DNA of 64,000 nucleotides from Camelus dromedarius (Eukaryota): assembly GCF_036321535.1 (NCBI RefSeq), contig NC_087437.1, positions 108,502,001 through 108,566,000 on the forward strand. The letters are read 5' to 3'. Below the pieces are notes generated by a model, which was not told the origin of the DNA, searched no databases, and saw only the letters and a program-made list of their open reading frames with translations. Both the position numbers and the translations under genes were made by a program. This document shows, in pieces, positions 12,986 to 25,909 of this stretch (positions are counted from its first letter, which is position 1; every line of letters starts with the position of its first letter).

Positions 12986-13962
12986 CCAGTTTCAGGTAAG
13001 TCTGTGAAGACTAAAGGTAGCTCATATAATTGTATGTATTATGAGAAGCCATTTTCTGACTACATTATCTTTAAAAGCCCATGAAGCAATTACCATAGAT
13101 GGCATAAAAAGGTTGAAACAATAAATCAAAAGCAAAGTAAGTTTACTACCACTTTGTAAATTGACTTCACTATCACCAAATCACATGATACTGTAACAGC
13201 TGATTTGGGGGAAACATTCATTTTACTACCCATTAGGATTTCTCCGGATGATACTGACATAAACTAGAGAAAGAGCTCCCACTCTTTCCTACCCATTGGC
13301 TACCCTTAAAAATCTTCTTTCTTTCCCTACTCTTTTATTATGCTTTATCTCAGAGTCCTTTAACACACTGTATGGACAGACTGTCTTCACTGCAAAAGGG
13401 CTGAATAGGAGAACTATTGATTCAGTGCCTTCCTTTCTTCCCCACTGTCAACAATAATTAATGTTCCTATTAAAGTAATATGGTTTTAATTCTGGTTTGG
13501 GTTGCTAAGGACCGAGGATAACACGCAAATCAATAGAACATTAAGGAACTATGATTCCCACAAACCATAATCTGAGATAAACACCATATGTCTCAGTAAA
13601 TCTAAGGAAATGTCTCTTAAAATTCTAATGCCAACTTCCAGTGCCAAGCAAATGCCAGCAGTTTCAGACACATGAGCAAGGCAAAGCTAGGAGTCTGTGA
13701 AACTCAGAAAATGTTATGGTCTTATCAGCAAACTATTTTAATTTATGTTTGTTAACTTTAGTAATTAAAATGTATGATCCTTCTTCCAAAAGGGAACAAA
13801 CAATTACAAGTGTTCATTTTTAGTCTCTGTAAAACCAAAGAAAAAGTTACATTAGGATTTTATCCAGGATTTTAAAGAAAGTATGTTAAAGTAAACTACA
13901 GGAATTCTGAAATCCACGGTGAGGTAGCCTCTTCTGTTCAGTAAAATATCCCATCATCTTAC

Positions 13963-14041
13963 CCATAAAATTTGCTGTTTGGCACAGTTCTAAATCACTT
14001 CTCTCTGTAAGACATAAGAAGTCATATTCTTCCACTTCTGT
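13963..14041 (-). other. Candidate internal exon (79 nt)
   Basis: ctttcttatctgttatttcag| acceptor and TGG|gtaaga donor; open as TEVEEYDFLCLTERSDLELCQTANFM. Confidence 0.35.
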
Positions 14042-15239
14042 CTGAAATAACAGATAAGAAAGCACGGATACTAAACACAGATGTGAGGTGGTGCTGATAT
14101 CCAAGGGGTACACCAGTCTAGTAAAAGAGGGGTGGCCACAGTGATTTCCTGGCAGTGACCATACTCACAGACATGTATCTGATGCCATCACCAGTCCAAG
14201 ACAATGGTCTGTTTTGTAGTAAACTCCCAAGAAGTGACTATGATTATTTGGGATCTTGAGACTCCAAAGAAGGACTCTAGAAAGAGCTGGGGATACTACC
14301 AATTTCTGAAGCCAATGGGCTAGAGCCCCATGAGGACTGGGAACACCAGGAACCCAAGGCAGAAAGTCAGATATACCAACTGAATGAGCAAGATGGTATG
14401 GGCTGTCTGCACTGGGGCCCTCACACTGACTCATGATTCACTGCGAATATACCAAGTGCCAGAGAGGCCAACTATGGACCACACACCGGGGGATGTATGG
14501 GCTTCTCCTGTACAAGCAGGATAAACCCACAGGTGCCAGGGATCAGCTGACCTGGGGAGGAAAGTCGTGGTCTAAATTTTTGTCTGGTAGGGGAATAGAT
14601 AGATTTGTATTTACCGTAGTTTAGTTTATTAATTAAAATGGGCCTTAGCCTTTTAAAAAGCCACTTGCTAAGCCATGCAGCCAACTTACTAAAATCAAAT
14701 GAAAAAGAGTGACATCTCCACTGAGCTCTGGCCATGCATCAGTAAAAAAAAATAGGAGGAAAGATTAGACTCAAAAACAAAAGGGTAACTTTTTTACAAA
14801 GATGTCTTGTCTCAAGAATAAGGTTTATTTCAGGAAAAGGATTATTCCAGAATCTTTCATAAAGAAAAAGTTGTCTATTCCTAAAGAGAGTGGTTCTTAA
14901 CAGATACTTGTGGAACTCATATCAAAATAAGCCCAGCAATAAAAACATACTTTTGGAAGATTTTTTAAAATATTATAACATGTAGGAACCCTAAATATAT
15001 TCCAGTCCAATCCATTTGTTTTGCTTATGAGAAAACTGAAGTTCAAAGAGATTCTTTCTATTACTTTGTCAAATAAATATCATTATACCATGGTTATTAA
15101 ACTTTAAGAAGACTGAAAATATTACATAAACTTTAAAGCACTGTACAAATACAGGGTATTATTATTATTACTATTTATAATTAGAAATAAAATTAAACAG
15201 CTTGAGAGTAGTCAAACTGAAAAAGCAACATGAAAGAAT

Positions 15240-16530
15240 ATTTAAGAATTTTCCACATCCAGCCAAGACAGAATAGTAGGGACCAATTTATCCTCCTACC
15301 TAAAACAATTTTACATACATAAAACAATACATAAAACACATAAAACAACAGAAAAATACATAAAACAACAGTTTTTAAGAACTGGCTATCAGGCAATGAG
15401 AGATGAAAAATGAAATACAGCTGCCCCAGCTCCCCACCTTGAGAGATTGTTCTAGATCATGCCGCAGTGAGAAGGAACATAAGCAGAGACCAGCAGACTT
15501 CCAGAGTTGAGCACACAGAGATAAGAATCTGAGGAGACCAAGCAGCTAATTCATAATGACAAAGTGTGGGATGCAATTAACAGCAAATTAGATATTACAA
15601 GTCCAAAGATTAGTAAAGTTAAAAGCCATACCAATAGAAAGCATCAGCATGGAAGAGAAAAGAATCTCCCCAAAGTTAAAAAAGAACAGAGCATCAGTGA
15701 GCTGAGGGAAAACTTCAAGCAGCCTCATCCATGTGAAATTGGAAACCCAGAAAGAAAAGAGAGGGACAGGAAGATAGACAAAAATATTTAAAGTGCTAAT
15801 GGCCAAGATTTTTCTCCATATTTGATGAAATCGATAAGCTGGCAGATCCAGAAAACTAAACAAACCTCATGCAAAAGAAACATGAAAAAACCTACACCAA
15901 ATCATGTTATAACCACATTGCTCAAAACCAGTGATATCCAAAAAAATTTTGAAAAGAAATCAGAGGAAAAAAATATTACATATACAGGAACCAAAGTAAA
16001 TATAATAGCAGATTTCTCTACAGAAATGAGAAGAGTGAACCAGAACATCTTCACAGTACTGAAAAAAAAAGTCAACCTACACTTTCATATCTATCAAAAA
16101 TATCTTTCAAAAATGACGACTAAATAAAGATGTGTTCAGACATGGAAAAGATAAATAATTCATAGGTAGCAGATCCACACAAAAAGAAATGGCTTCAGAT
16201 AGACAGAAAATAATACCAGATGGAAATATGAACTTACACAGAGGAATGGAGAGCACTGGAAGGGGAACTACACGTATCGTGTGATTTCATGTGTACAACA
16301 TTCTAAGACAGGCAGAATTAACCTACAATGACAGAAATTCGAGCAGCAATTGCTTGGGGCTGAGGGTGTAGGTGATGGACTGTTGAGGAGCACAAGGAGA
16401 ATTTCCGGGGCTATGGAAGTGTTACATATGTTGGTGAGGATGGTGCTTACACAAGTATGTGAAAAAATGTGCGCATTTTATAGCATGTAAATTATACTTT
16501 GATAAAGTTCATTTTAAAGAAAGTAAAAAT
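15240..16530 (+). mobile_element. Ancient L1: 5' UTR plus degenerate ORF1 joined to an L1 3' end
   Basis: ORF-track 15564-15791 and 15822-16127 carry ORF1p motifs (EQSISELRENFKQ, KPTPNHVI, ITYTGTKVNIIADFSTE); 16270-16530 resembles an L1MC/ME 3' UTR. Confidence 0.75.
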
Positions 16531-17210
16531 GTGCTTTGAACAAAGTATTTACAGCAGTAACTCTTACCCATGCTCCAACAAATACAGCTTCCCCAAGTTT
16601 TAGTGTCCTGATGTATAAAATGAAGCATCAGTGATTTGCAATCTCTCCATTTGAACAGTTTCAAACAGTTTCAAATGCTAAAATTAACTTAATTCAGGTA
16701 TAAGTCATAAACTTCTGTACCTAGAATTATCTGTGTACCTAGATGTATATATAAACACACACATATATATATACACATATGTATACAAAGAATATAAGAA
16801 GCTGCCTTTTTATCTGACATGCTAACTTAAGTATTTACATTTTAAAATACAAACCAAGTTTTTATTTCATAGTTTGAAGGCTGACATGGTGTTAATTGAT
16901 CTCACAACCATTGTGAGTTAAGAATTGCTTACTGATACTCCGTTATTATTAATAAGACCAATTTGGGGCCCTTTAGTGTTCTTATGAGACCGATGAGATC
17001 ACAGTCTGCAGAGCAACCTTCCTGAACAGTCCTGCTGCTTAGAAGAAGTGAGTATCATATAACGCCACTGACTTTTTCAGAATCACAGGAAACATTTAGC
17101 ACACTCCACCCTGGTACTTCGATGTTACGTGTGTTCACCACCATCACTAGTCTACTGAGTGTGCACTATTCATAGGACACCAAAATGAAATAAATCCTAG
17201 AACATCAAAG

Positions 17211-17383
17211 CAGTGATTCCCAGACTTGCCTGTTTATTAAGACTCTCTCACCCCCTCCCACAACAGACCAAGTGAGTGGAACTCTCTGGAATGAAGGCCT
17301 GGGATCTGTGTATTTAAACACAGCCTTCCCTCACCGCACCCACACGCAGTGACTTTAAAGATCAGGCAAGTCTGGGAAACAGA
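17211..17383. mobile_element. MER5-type hAT-Charlie MITE
   Basis: Perfect inverted termini ttcccagacttgcctg / caggcaagtctgggaa. Confidence 0.75.
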
Positions 17384-19391
17384 GGCAAATCATGAGGGAT
17401 CACAGAATTTACCTGAGTCTCGAGGGATCACTCCTCAGAGACATTTGGCACATTTAGTGTGCTCAGATTTGGATTGTCCCTTTCTCTCAGTTCTCACTGG
17501 TAATTAGAGAGGAGAAGTTGGGTGGTAAAATTGTAATCAAACAGCCAGATTCTGGGGACAAGTGTGAGTGTCACCATAGTGCCATCTTGTGTTATAAGTA
17601 AGTGTACATGGGTCCACTATTGTCAAGTGACCACCTCCACATTGAACAGATATTTCAAACTGGGTCCTGAAAATCAAAATAAATCATGGGCATTTCTCAC
17701 TCAAAATATCCATAATGTGAATTTCCAGAGCAAGGGTCCTAATGTAAGCAAACGTGCTGGTGGATATCAGGTGCGTACCTGATACCCAGGTACTAGAGCT
17801 ATGCAGAGCAGCTACGAAAGTCACCTGCAGGTCGGGTGTTGGGTCCAGGAGGCAGCTCATTTAAAACCTTCTTAAAGAGTTAAAAACAAGTCTCAAACCT
17901 AATCCAGGAATAACTGTAGCTGTCATCTCTAATTTGAGGGGCAGGCAATAATCTCATTTTCCAGCCCTCCTGTCAGTTAAAGGTTGTTCATCTTTCTGTA
18001 AATCAATGACCTACCAATACCCAGATTTCCTGAGAGTCTGGAAGGCATATGAGTGAGCAGACAAACCAAGCAAGGCAGGAGTCAAAAGACAAACTTAGTC
18101 CACTAGTCCAGTGAGAATCAACACAGCTTAGTCTCCCCAAAATCACCCGTTCTCAGTTTTCTATGTCAGTTTACCAGTGAATAAGGAAACAGGAAGTCAC
18201 TAGAAAGTAATGAATCTCTCCAAAGAAAATACGTGTGCCACTCTGACCAGTGTCAGTGGGGTCAGAGCACAGAAGGAGTTTTAAATACTCTGAAACCAAT
18301 GTAGGAAAAATTTGACCACAATCCAAGCTCTCCTCTTCCTGGTTTACAGATGGATGTTTCAGAGGGGCCACCTGGTCCAGTCCCAGGAAAACTTCAAAAA
18401 CATCATACCAGGAAATGTAGACAATATCCAAAGTATTATCTGTGGAATCAGCTGAGGCTTTTTTTTTTTTATTGTAAAAGTTCTGGAATTTTTTTAGTAA
18501 ATGTGTTAGTAACATTTTTAAAATATCTAAACCTGTTGAATTTTTCCTACTTCTGTAATTGTTAGTTAGTCAGTCAAAATTCTCTAATTCAATAATTTCC
18601 AAACCTAGCTGATTGCCAGATCTTTAAAAAAATACACATTCCAAGCTCCACCCTAATTTAGTGGTCTGGGGTGAGATCCAGGAATATGTGCAATAAAAAT
18701 TCTTTTACTTGACAAAATTATAGCTGGCACTCGATTTGTTCAACACAAAAGTTGCAGAAATCAAAGAATCAGAAAAGATATGCCATGCGTACATCTTTAA
18801 GGTACAACAGTTTATATGAAACTAAAATATATAAACATATCCATTTGCCACACTTGTTACATAAATTTTTTTTCTCACATAGGTTTCCTTTTTGAAGAGT
18901 AAAGCCATCTCTCTTGCATATTTCACACCCACAAGGCAAGGTGTACAATTTCTGGTTTTAGTTTCTTTGAAAGAGAGCAAGGATTCAGAGGCATTTGGAA
19001 AGAAATCTGAATGAGAAAGCCCTTAGACTGTTACAGTTTTTTCAATCACAGTTTCCTTGTCCACATACAATAATAAACAAACATTATCACTCTTTGAAGT
19101 CACACTATCAGTTTACATCATTTACACTGTGTCATTAGTAGGCTCTGGAAAGCATGTACATCAAATGGCACGTGCAGAAAGCTTTGGAATACTTGAGAAT
19201 GGACTGCAAGCTGAGAGCAGTCAGCTTGCTGTGGTCACTAGTCAAGATGTTTTACTGAAGTAAAAGAGAAAGTTTGTTAAACCAGAGTGAGGTGAATAAA
19301 GATTTATTAACAGACCCTACAATATTTCTTTAGAGCTCTACACACAAGTGATTAGGACCTTTATCTAAGCTTGGGAAATGTTACCCTAAAC

Positions 19392-19492
19392 CAAGGTGCT
19401 CTCAAACCTGAATGTACATTCACATCCCCTGAGAATTTTTTTTAAAATGTAGGTTCTGGCTCTGTATGTCTGGGCTGGAGCTCAAGAATCTG
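19392..19492. mobile_element. MER5-type fragment
   Basis: 'tctcaaacctgaatgtacattcacatcccctgaga...gtctgggctggagctcaagaatctg'. Confidence 0.55.
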
Positions 19493-21349
19493 AGTAGAAA
19501 AGTTCTAAAAGTGAGATTTTTATTATATCACATGAAGTTCTCAATAAATAGCAAAAAAAAAAAAATAGATTTGGACTGGCAGTAAAATTGTAGTTGAAAG
19601 TGGATATCCCTACATTCTAATCTAATTTTTTAATCTTGTTAATAATATTAAATAACCTCTTTTAAACAGAATAGCTCATGAGCCAATCATTGTCAGTTAC
19701 AGCGTAAAGATCTTTCGTTCTTTTCCCCCCAACTCTTGTGTGAACTCAAGTTTCTGTTCAGTAGAAGGAAGTTTTAGGGAGCAGTGGCAAAATTTATTTT
19801 CATTTTCTAGTGATGTCAACATAAGCAACTACTTCTCTTTTCCTGTCCCCATGGTGAAATAGAAATTGAACTCTCTGCTCTTGCAAGTTTGGGCTTACAG
19901 AGAAAGAAACTGTATTTATACAAAACTTCATCAGGATACCGTCTTCTAACTCTCTCCCAATACTTGCTGTACAGTTTGGGTTTAGCTAATATAAAGCCAA
20001 AATCAGTGATTCCTTGGCAGTAAATCTCCCCTTGATGAATCATCCTAGGAAAGACAGTAGCAGAGTTTCACAGTGGGATGAGGGGGAAAAGTAGAAGCAG
20101 TTTTTTTCTGGCTGCAGGTCATTTATTTCAATTGTCAGTACCTTACAGAAGAACTCTTTAGTCAGAGTCCCGTTTCCTCCCTTTGAATGTCTCTGATCAT
20201 GGTTGACACGTGATTGGGCCACTTCTGGCCCTCCGTGGCACTGCTCTAACACCCAACCAAACTCTCATCAGACACGCCGACACACTGGACGGGGTTACGG
20301 GGACTGGCATCTCCGTAGAAGGAGCACTTGCTCCGTGTGGTCTGAGAGGAAACAAGCCGGAACGTGCGTGAGGGAGGGAGAGGCTAGTCTCTAAGAGGTT
20401 AGGAACGAAGCCCTTCATCATCAGTAAGCTTCCTGGCAGCGGGATGTGGTGTGTGTAACTGCAGAGCAGGTGAGCATAGCCAGGCTCTCCTTACAAGCCA
20501 GGTAGCTAGATGACCCATCTTTAAAGAAACACAATTTACTGTGGAAAATCCATATCCAAGACTTTATACTCCTCCTTGGGTGGAAGGTGTTACTCCAAAA
20601 GCACACAGAGCAACTCTCTTCAAGGAACAGATGAAATGGAACAGGAAGGCTGCAAAAATGGGCTGGTTATGGTTAAATGCAGCAGGACAGTTGTACCCAC
20701 ATTCCTGTGTGTTTAAAAATTTCCACGCATGAGAACTGTGAGGTTTTTTCTATCCAGAGATAAAGATTCTGCTTGCATTGGATCCTGCTGCTGAATCAGC
20801 AGTCCAGCTTTTAAATTTCGACTGCACTATAATACGTAATAAAAGCTTCTTTGTGATCTCTTAACTGTGTCATTATCAGAACAGGGCTGTAATCTTTTAG
20901 AAGCCAGGCACCTTGTTGAGAATATGATGGCATCCCTGGGCCATTTTCACAGGACACAAAAACAATCCTCTGCATACAACTTCCAATACAACTTCCAGAG
21001 GTTCATATGATGCCCTAAAGATTTTTTTTCCTGTATATGGCTACCAAGTTACTCATTCCCATTCTAATATGGTATGAATATTCCCTGAGCCTTTCCATAG
21101 AAAGGGATGTATACATATGCTCTGGATAAGAAGTCCAGCAACTTCTATTCCACTCAGAGAACGGTCTGGAGTCAGCCCTCAACTCCAGGAAAGCGCTGGG
21201 GAGGTAACTGTGAAGTTCTGATAGCCTCCAGTTTCCTGTACTGGGGCCAGTGGAATGGGCTTCAGTTATCTAAGAAGTTTCATTTGGTGCCAAGGACAGT
21301 ACCCGTTGAATTGTTCAGTGTTTCCACGTTCAGGAACTCCTTCTCTATG

Positions 21350-21640
21350 ACCGCCTGTGGCGTCACTGCCATTCTGAATCATGCAAATGAGGATGTCATA
21401 TCCTCTGACTCAGAATGCTTTATTTCATTGAAAATTATTTTGAGAACTGCAAGCAGAGAGTTGGTCTTTGCTTGGATCTGACTTCCAAAATACATCACTT
21501 ATCCTGTGCTCACAGGGATCCACCTGATGCGGAGAAACTGGGAACTGTTCCGGTGGGGGCGGGGTGTGGGGATCCTCTGGATCAGAGTTTAGAAGCACAA
21601 GTATTTGCCGGCGGGGGCGGGGAAGAGCTCCTGTGCTGAG
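21350..21640. promoter_or_regulatory. Candidate promoter/enhancer with two GC boxes
   Basis: GGGGCGGGG at 21556-21564 and 21614-21622; ATGCAAAT at 21381; TGACTCA at about 21406; locally raised CpG. Confidence 0.35.
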
Positions 21641-21959
21641 AGGCTGGGATCTACAGTCCTTGCCAAATTTGGTGCTGCTGCTAATAGTACATTTCCATGT
21701 ATGTACTTTTCTCCCTATTTTCCCCAAGGAAAGGGCGAGTCAGGATATGCACGCATAGCATGCAGGACCGAAATAGCTTTGTTTAAGTAGTTCAGTAGCT
21801 ATTCAGTGAAATGACTTGGCTTTGTCCATTTAGAACACCAGTATCTGTTCTGCAGTGGCCAGGCAGTGGCCCCCGGGTCAACTCTCTTTGTTCTCTTGTA
21901 CTGTGTGCTGAAACCCTAGGCAGTAAGCATAGTGATTATGAAAGAAAGACAATAAAAAT

Positions 21960-22187
21960 AAGATTTGAATCCCAAGGGGCCAGTTGTGTGACTAGCCAGC
22001 TATGTGACCTTAGGTGATACACTGAACCTTTCTGAGCCTCAATTTTCTCAGCTACAAAGTGATGTGATAATGGTACTTATCTCAGAATTATTGTGAGGAT
22101 TAAGTTAGTTAATACAGTGCACGTAAAGTTCCTAAATCAGTGTGTGGCATTTCTTAAGTACTGAGTGATGGTCAGCTGTTATGATTA
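21960..22187 (+). mobile_element. MIR SINE
   Basis: 'gctatgtgaccttaggtg...ctgagcctcaattttctcagctacaaagtg...ttgtgaggattaa'. Confidence 0.85.
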
Positions 22188-22664
22188 CATAAGTTATCCC
22201 TGAAGCATTTCTTTAACTCAGAGTTAAAGCCAGAAGAAATGTGTATTGGTTTAGTTTGCAGATCAAAAGACCATGTAGCATAGACTTTGGAGTCTGGTAG
22301 CTCATCATACTGGAAAATGCTGGAGTCAAGTCAGCCAAGTTGAAAAGTCCTCTCTTAGCTCAGTGACCTTGAGAGCAAGGCCCTCAACCAATAAGTAATC
22401 GCAACAGATTCTTCCTCTTGGGCTTTTCATGACACTTAGACAAAACAAAGCAGGTAAAGCACTTAGCCCATGAGGCGTAAGTGTGCAATTCATGTTGACC
22501 ATCGTTATTGCTAAAAAGTAACACAAGCACAAATGGAGTCAAACTATAGAATATAGGCAGTAGACATCCATTCATTTTAAAACTATTGATATTGTATTTC
22601 CTCTGTGCCAAGTGTGATTCTTCACACTTTACTAAAAAAGAACTCACTTACTTAGGAGTTAGGA

Positions 22665-22820
22665 GGGAGGAGGGTATAGCTCCATGGTAAAGCATGTGCC
22701 TAGCATGCATAAGGTCCTGGGTTCAATCCCTGGTACCTCCATCAAATACTTGATAAATTAATTAATTAATTAACAAACAAACCTAATTACTCCCCCCCAA
22801 AAAAATTTTAAAAAATAAGA
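22665..22820 (+). mobile_element. tRNA-derived camelid-type SINE (vic-1-like)
   Basis: A box 'gtatagctccatggtaaagc', B box 'gggttcaatccc', 'aaacctaattactccccccc', A-rich tail. Confidence 0.85.
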
Positions 22821-22880
22821 AACTAGGAGGACTATACTAACAACTCCAGGCGGCAGGTATCATTAACTCACCCTGTTTTA

Positions 22881-23030
22881 TTTTATTTTTTTAACTTTTC
22901 TTTAAATTTATTTTGGGGGGGAGGTAATTAGGTTTTGTTTTTATTTATGTATTTTTAATAGAGGTACTGGGGAAAAAGCCCATGACCTTGTGCATGCTAA
23001 GTGTACCACTGAGCTATCTCGTCCCCCTTG
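22881..23030 (-). mobile_element. tRNA-derived camelid-type SINE (vic-1-like) with TSD
   Basis: Reverse copy; flanking ccctgtttta (22871-22880) / ccctatttta (23031-23040); interrupts a MIR. Confidence 0.85.
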
Positions 23031-23119
23031 CCCTATTTTAAATATGAGGAAACAGAGGCCACGCCATTACCCATTGCAGACTCACAATTCAATCCCCGGT
23101 TCCCAAAATAATGCTCTTC

Positions 23120-23330
23120 CAGTGCCATCCAATAGTACTGTCCACAACAATGGAGCTGGTCTCTCTGGGGTGTCCAGTACTGGTACCACTGAGCACATGT
23201 GGCAGTTGAAGCCTTGATGTGGTGAATGTGCCTGAGATACAGAATGGTTTTATTTTGTGTAATTTTAATTAATCTAAGTTAATGTTAAACAGCCACCAGT
23301 GGCTGATGGTTACCATATTGGACAGCACAG
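23120..23330. mobile_element. MER3-like hAT-Charlie element
   Basis: 'gcacatgtggcagttga...ttttaattaat...gttaccatattggacagcacag'. Confidence 0.75.
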
Positions 23331-25449
23331 CCTGGACAGCCATGTTGCTTTACTTTACTAGGTTGGTTCCACTAAAGAAACTAGCAGAGGCCCTTATCCA
23401 CTGTTTTTGCTCCACATAAATATACACTGGTTGTAGTTCCTTCACTCAGGATCTTTATTCCTATTTTCTTTTTTTTTACAAAATGGACTTTTCTGATAAC
23501 TAATTATCCTCAGGTAATAGAGACACTGCCTCCAAAATACCCATTAATAATGTCTCATTGTTTAGCATTTCACCACTTGCTCTGAGAAGGGCTTCTTTTT
23601 TCATTTGCTCAATGCCAGATACTATTCTTCAGCTATTCTTTGGACAGTTTTTTGCATGTGCCCGTCCCATTTTCTAAGTAGGACAGAACTTTTACTTCAC
23701 TCTCTTTTGCAGAGCTAGCAATTTCCTGATTGGTGTCTGACTTGAAAATGGAGTGCTGATGGACAGAAACTGACTGTGACTTTCTATGTAACAACTTGAA
23801 ACTTGCCTTTCCTTTGATCTTCCAAATTATGTTCCCATTTTTACTTCTATTTCATAAAAGCAGCTTCCAGGAGCATGCTTGTCTGATTGCAAATGGCCAG
23901 TCCTCACCTCTTCAGCCTACACCTCTTTATCCCCACTGTTCTCATTTGTCAAGTGCAGCCTGGCCAGGTTCAGAGAGACTCAAGAAGAAAAAAAAAATCA
24001 AAAAGAGGAGGACACTTTTCTCTATACATCTATACTGCAATGGAGACAGTTTCATTTGAATGACAATCTGTGCATCTTGCTGCCCAACTTCATTTTATCC
24101 ATTGTTTTATTCAATTATCTGTGCTCTGTCCAACCAAGCATTGTCCCATTTGTAAGCAGAACAAAGGGTGAGACCATCACTTTTACCCAAATCCCTCGTA
24201 TAGCATTGCTTGTAATTAGCATTTTCAAAACTGCATTTCCAAAATCACTCCTGGGGTCATTCTGCTTAGAAGCCACATGACAGAAACCCCACAAACTTGA
24301 AAACCTAAACAAATTTCTTAAATATGGCATAATGGTTATCGAGTGATTTCTCAAATGGAAGTCAGTGGCATCTCCAGGCATTCAGTCTGCGTTGCCGTGC
24401 TCAGAGTCCACAGAGCAGTTCAAGGGCTAATCTCCTGCTAAGTCATTTCCTTTCTTTGTTTTCAGATTGGATTTCCAAGCAGAATATTCATATCTTGTTC
24501 TGTGTATACACTGACTCAGCCTTGCCACAGTTTTGTGGACAAAGTGGGTATGTGTGCTGTGGGCTTATCTTGCTCTTTTTTATGATATTAGGGTGGTGGT
24601 TTTGAGAGATTTTCATTTCTCTTGTTTTCTCTGGATTCTCTCTTCTCTCCCACCTTCATTCCTATTGATGTGTTCATAGGTTATCACTTGCATGATTTTT
24701 GAGACATGATGAGTCAAGGGATTAACACATTATTTTGATACACAAATACTTTTTCATTGATATGATAGAGGGCACTTGCCTTGGCACTTAGCAAAAAGAA
24801 AAATAAATAAAATTTAATTTAATTTAAAAAAAAATGGTACTCAGCGTGGTGCTTTCAAGAGTCCTGATAATTCTGTCATCATCAGTGTCATACTTTTTGT
24901 CTGATTGCCCCAGATCTCCTTTCATGCCAAACACTTCTCTCCTCTGCCTGAGGTTAGCAAAAGATTTTCAATAAAAACTTGCATTTGCAGCTCGTAAATG
25001 TTGGAAGCTGACAAGACTTCCTGCTGTGTGGGTTTGTATGGGTGGGTGGGAGTGAACTTTAAAACTGATTATAGAATTTATCTGGAAAGCTAAGCCAGAT
25101 AAACTCTTCAATGACGATTTCAAAATTATGAAGAAGGAAGTTGCCAGTTTTACCCTCAAGTCTTTTAGTCCGAAGCATTTTGATGTAAGCATTATTGTTT
25201 ATAATTATCGTGAGTGGTAAAAAAAATCGTCTTTGTTCTTGTTCTAACTTGGTTTGTAGCAATACTATCCATATTCATTAGAAAGCAACACCTGGGGTAG
25301 GAGAGAAATAGAACTCAGAGACATAGAAATAAGTCAATTAAAACCATGGATTTTGTTATTGATCTCTAGGAAGTAAAAAGTAGCCACAAATATTGAGTGC
25401 TGTTTTCTGCCATGTATTATTTATTTTTACATTCCTGAAACCTGGAACA

Positions 25450-25890
25450 TGTGTTTATTCAACAGGCAGACAGCCTGCTAGGTAGTGGAAATACAGGAAA
25501 AATAAGATACAAATCTTGCCCTCAAGAAGCTCAGAGTTGACTTACAGGGTGTGAACATAAATATTTCTTTTAAAGTCTTCTGTGCAATGATAGGGATATG
25601 AATCAGAGAACACAGAGAGAAATCTAACCCATCAGGCTTCCTGAAGGAGGTGGAATCTGATCTGTGATTTGAAAGCTAAGTAGAAGGTAATGACAACACA
25701 GAAAGGAAGTGGAAGGAGAGCAAAGGAACATGAAGGAGGAGCATGGTGCACAAGGAGAATTAAAGCATTTCCCCATTGCTAGATGGGAAACTATAAAGTA
25801 GAAATTGATAAGAGATATGCCTAGAGAATTCAGAAAGGGGGACCAGATCTTCAGGGCCTTGTTTACAGCAGGTGATGGAAAGAATTTTAG
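25450..25890 (-). mobile_element. L2 fragment
   Basis: 'aataagatacaaatcttgccctcaagaagctcagag...aggcttcctgaaggaggtg'. Confidence 0.7.
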
Positions 25891-25909
25891 GAAATTCCTT
25901 AAATTTTAT

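Noticed and set aside
17761..17788. Small hairpin tggatatcaggt-gcgt-acctgataccca
   Set aside because: Too short for a pre-miRNA; expected by chance
21107..21481. 124-aa plus-strand ORF
   Set aside because: No recognisable homology or supporting gene structure
22665..22745. Apparent tRNA genes here and at 45538 and 54740
   Set aside because: Degenerate tRNA heads followed by SINE body and A tail
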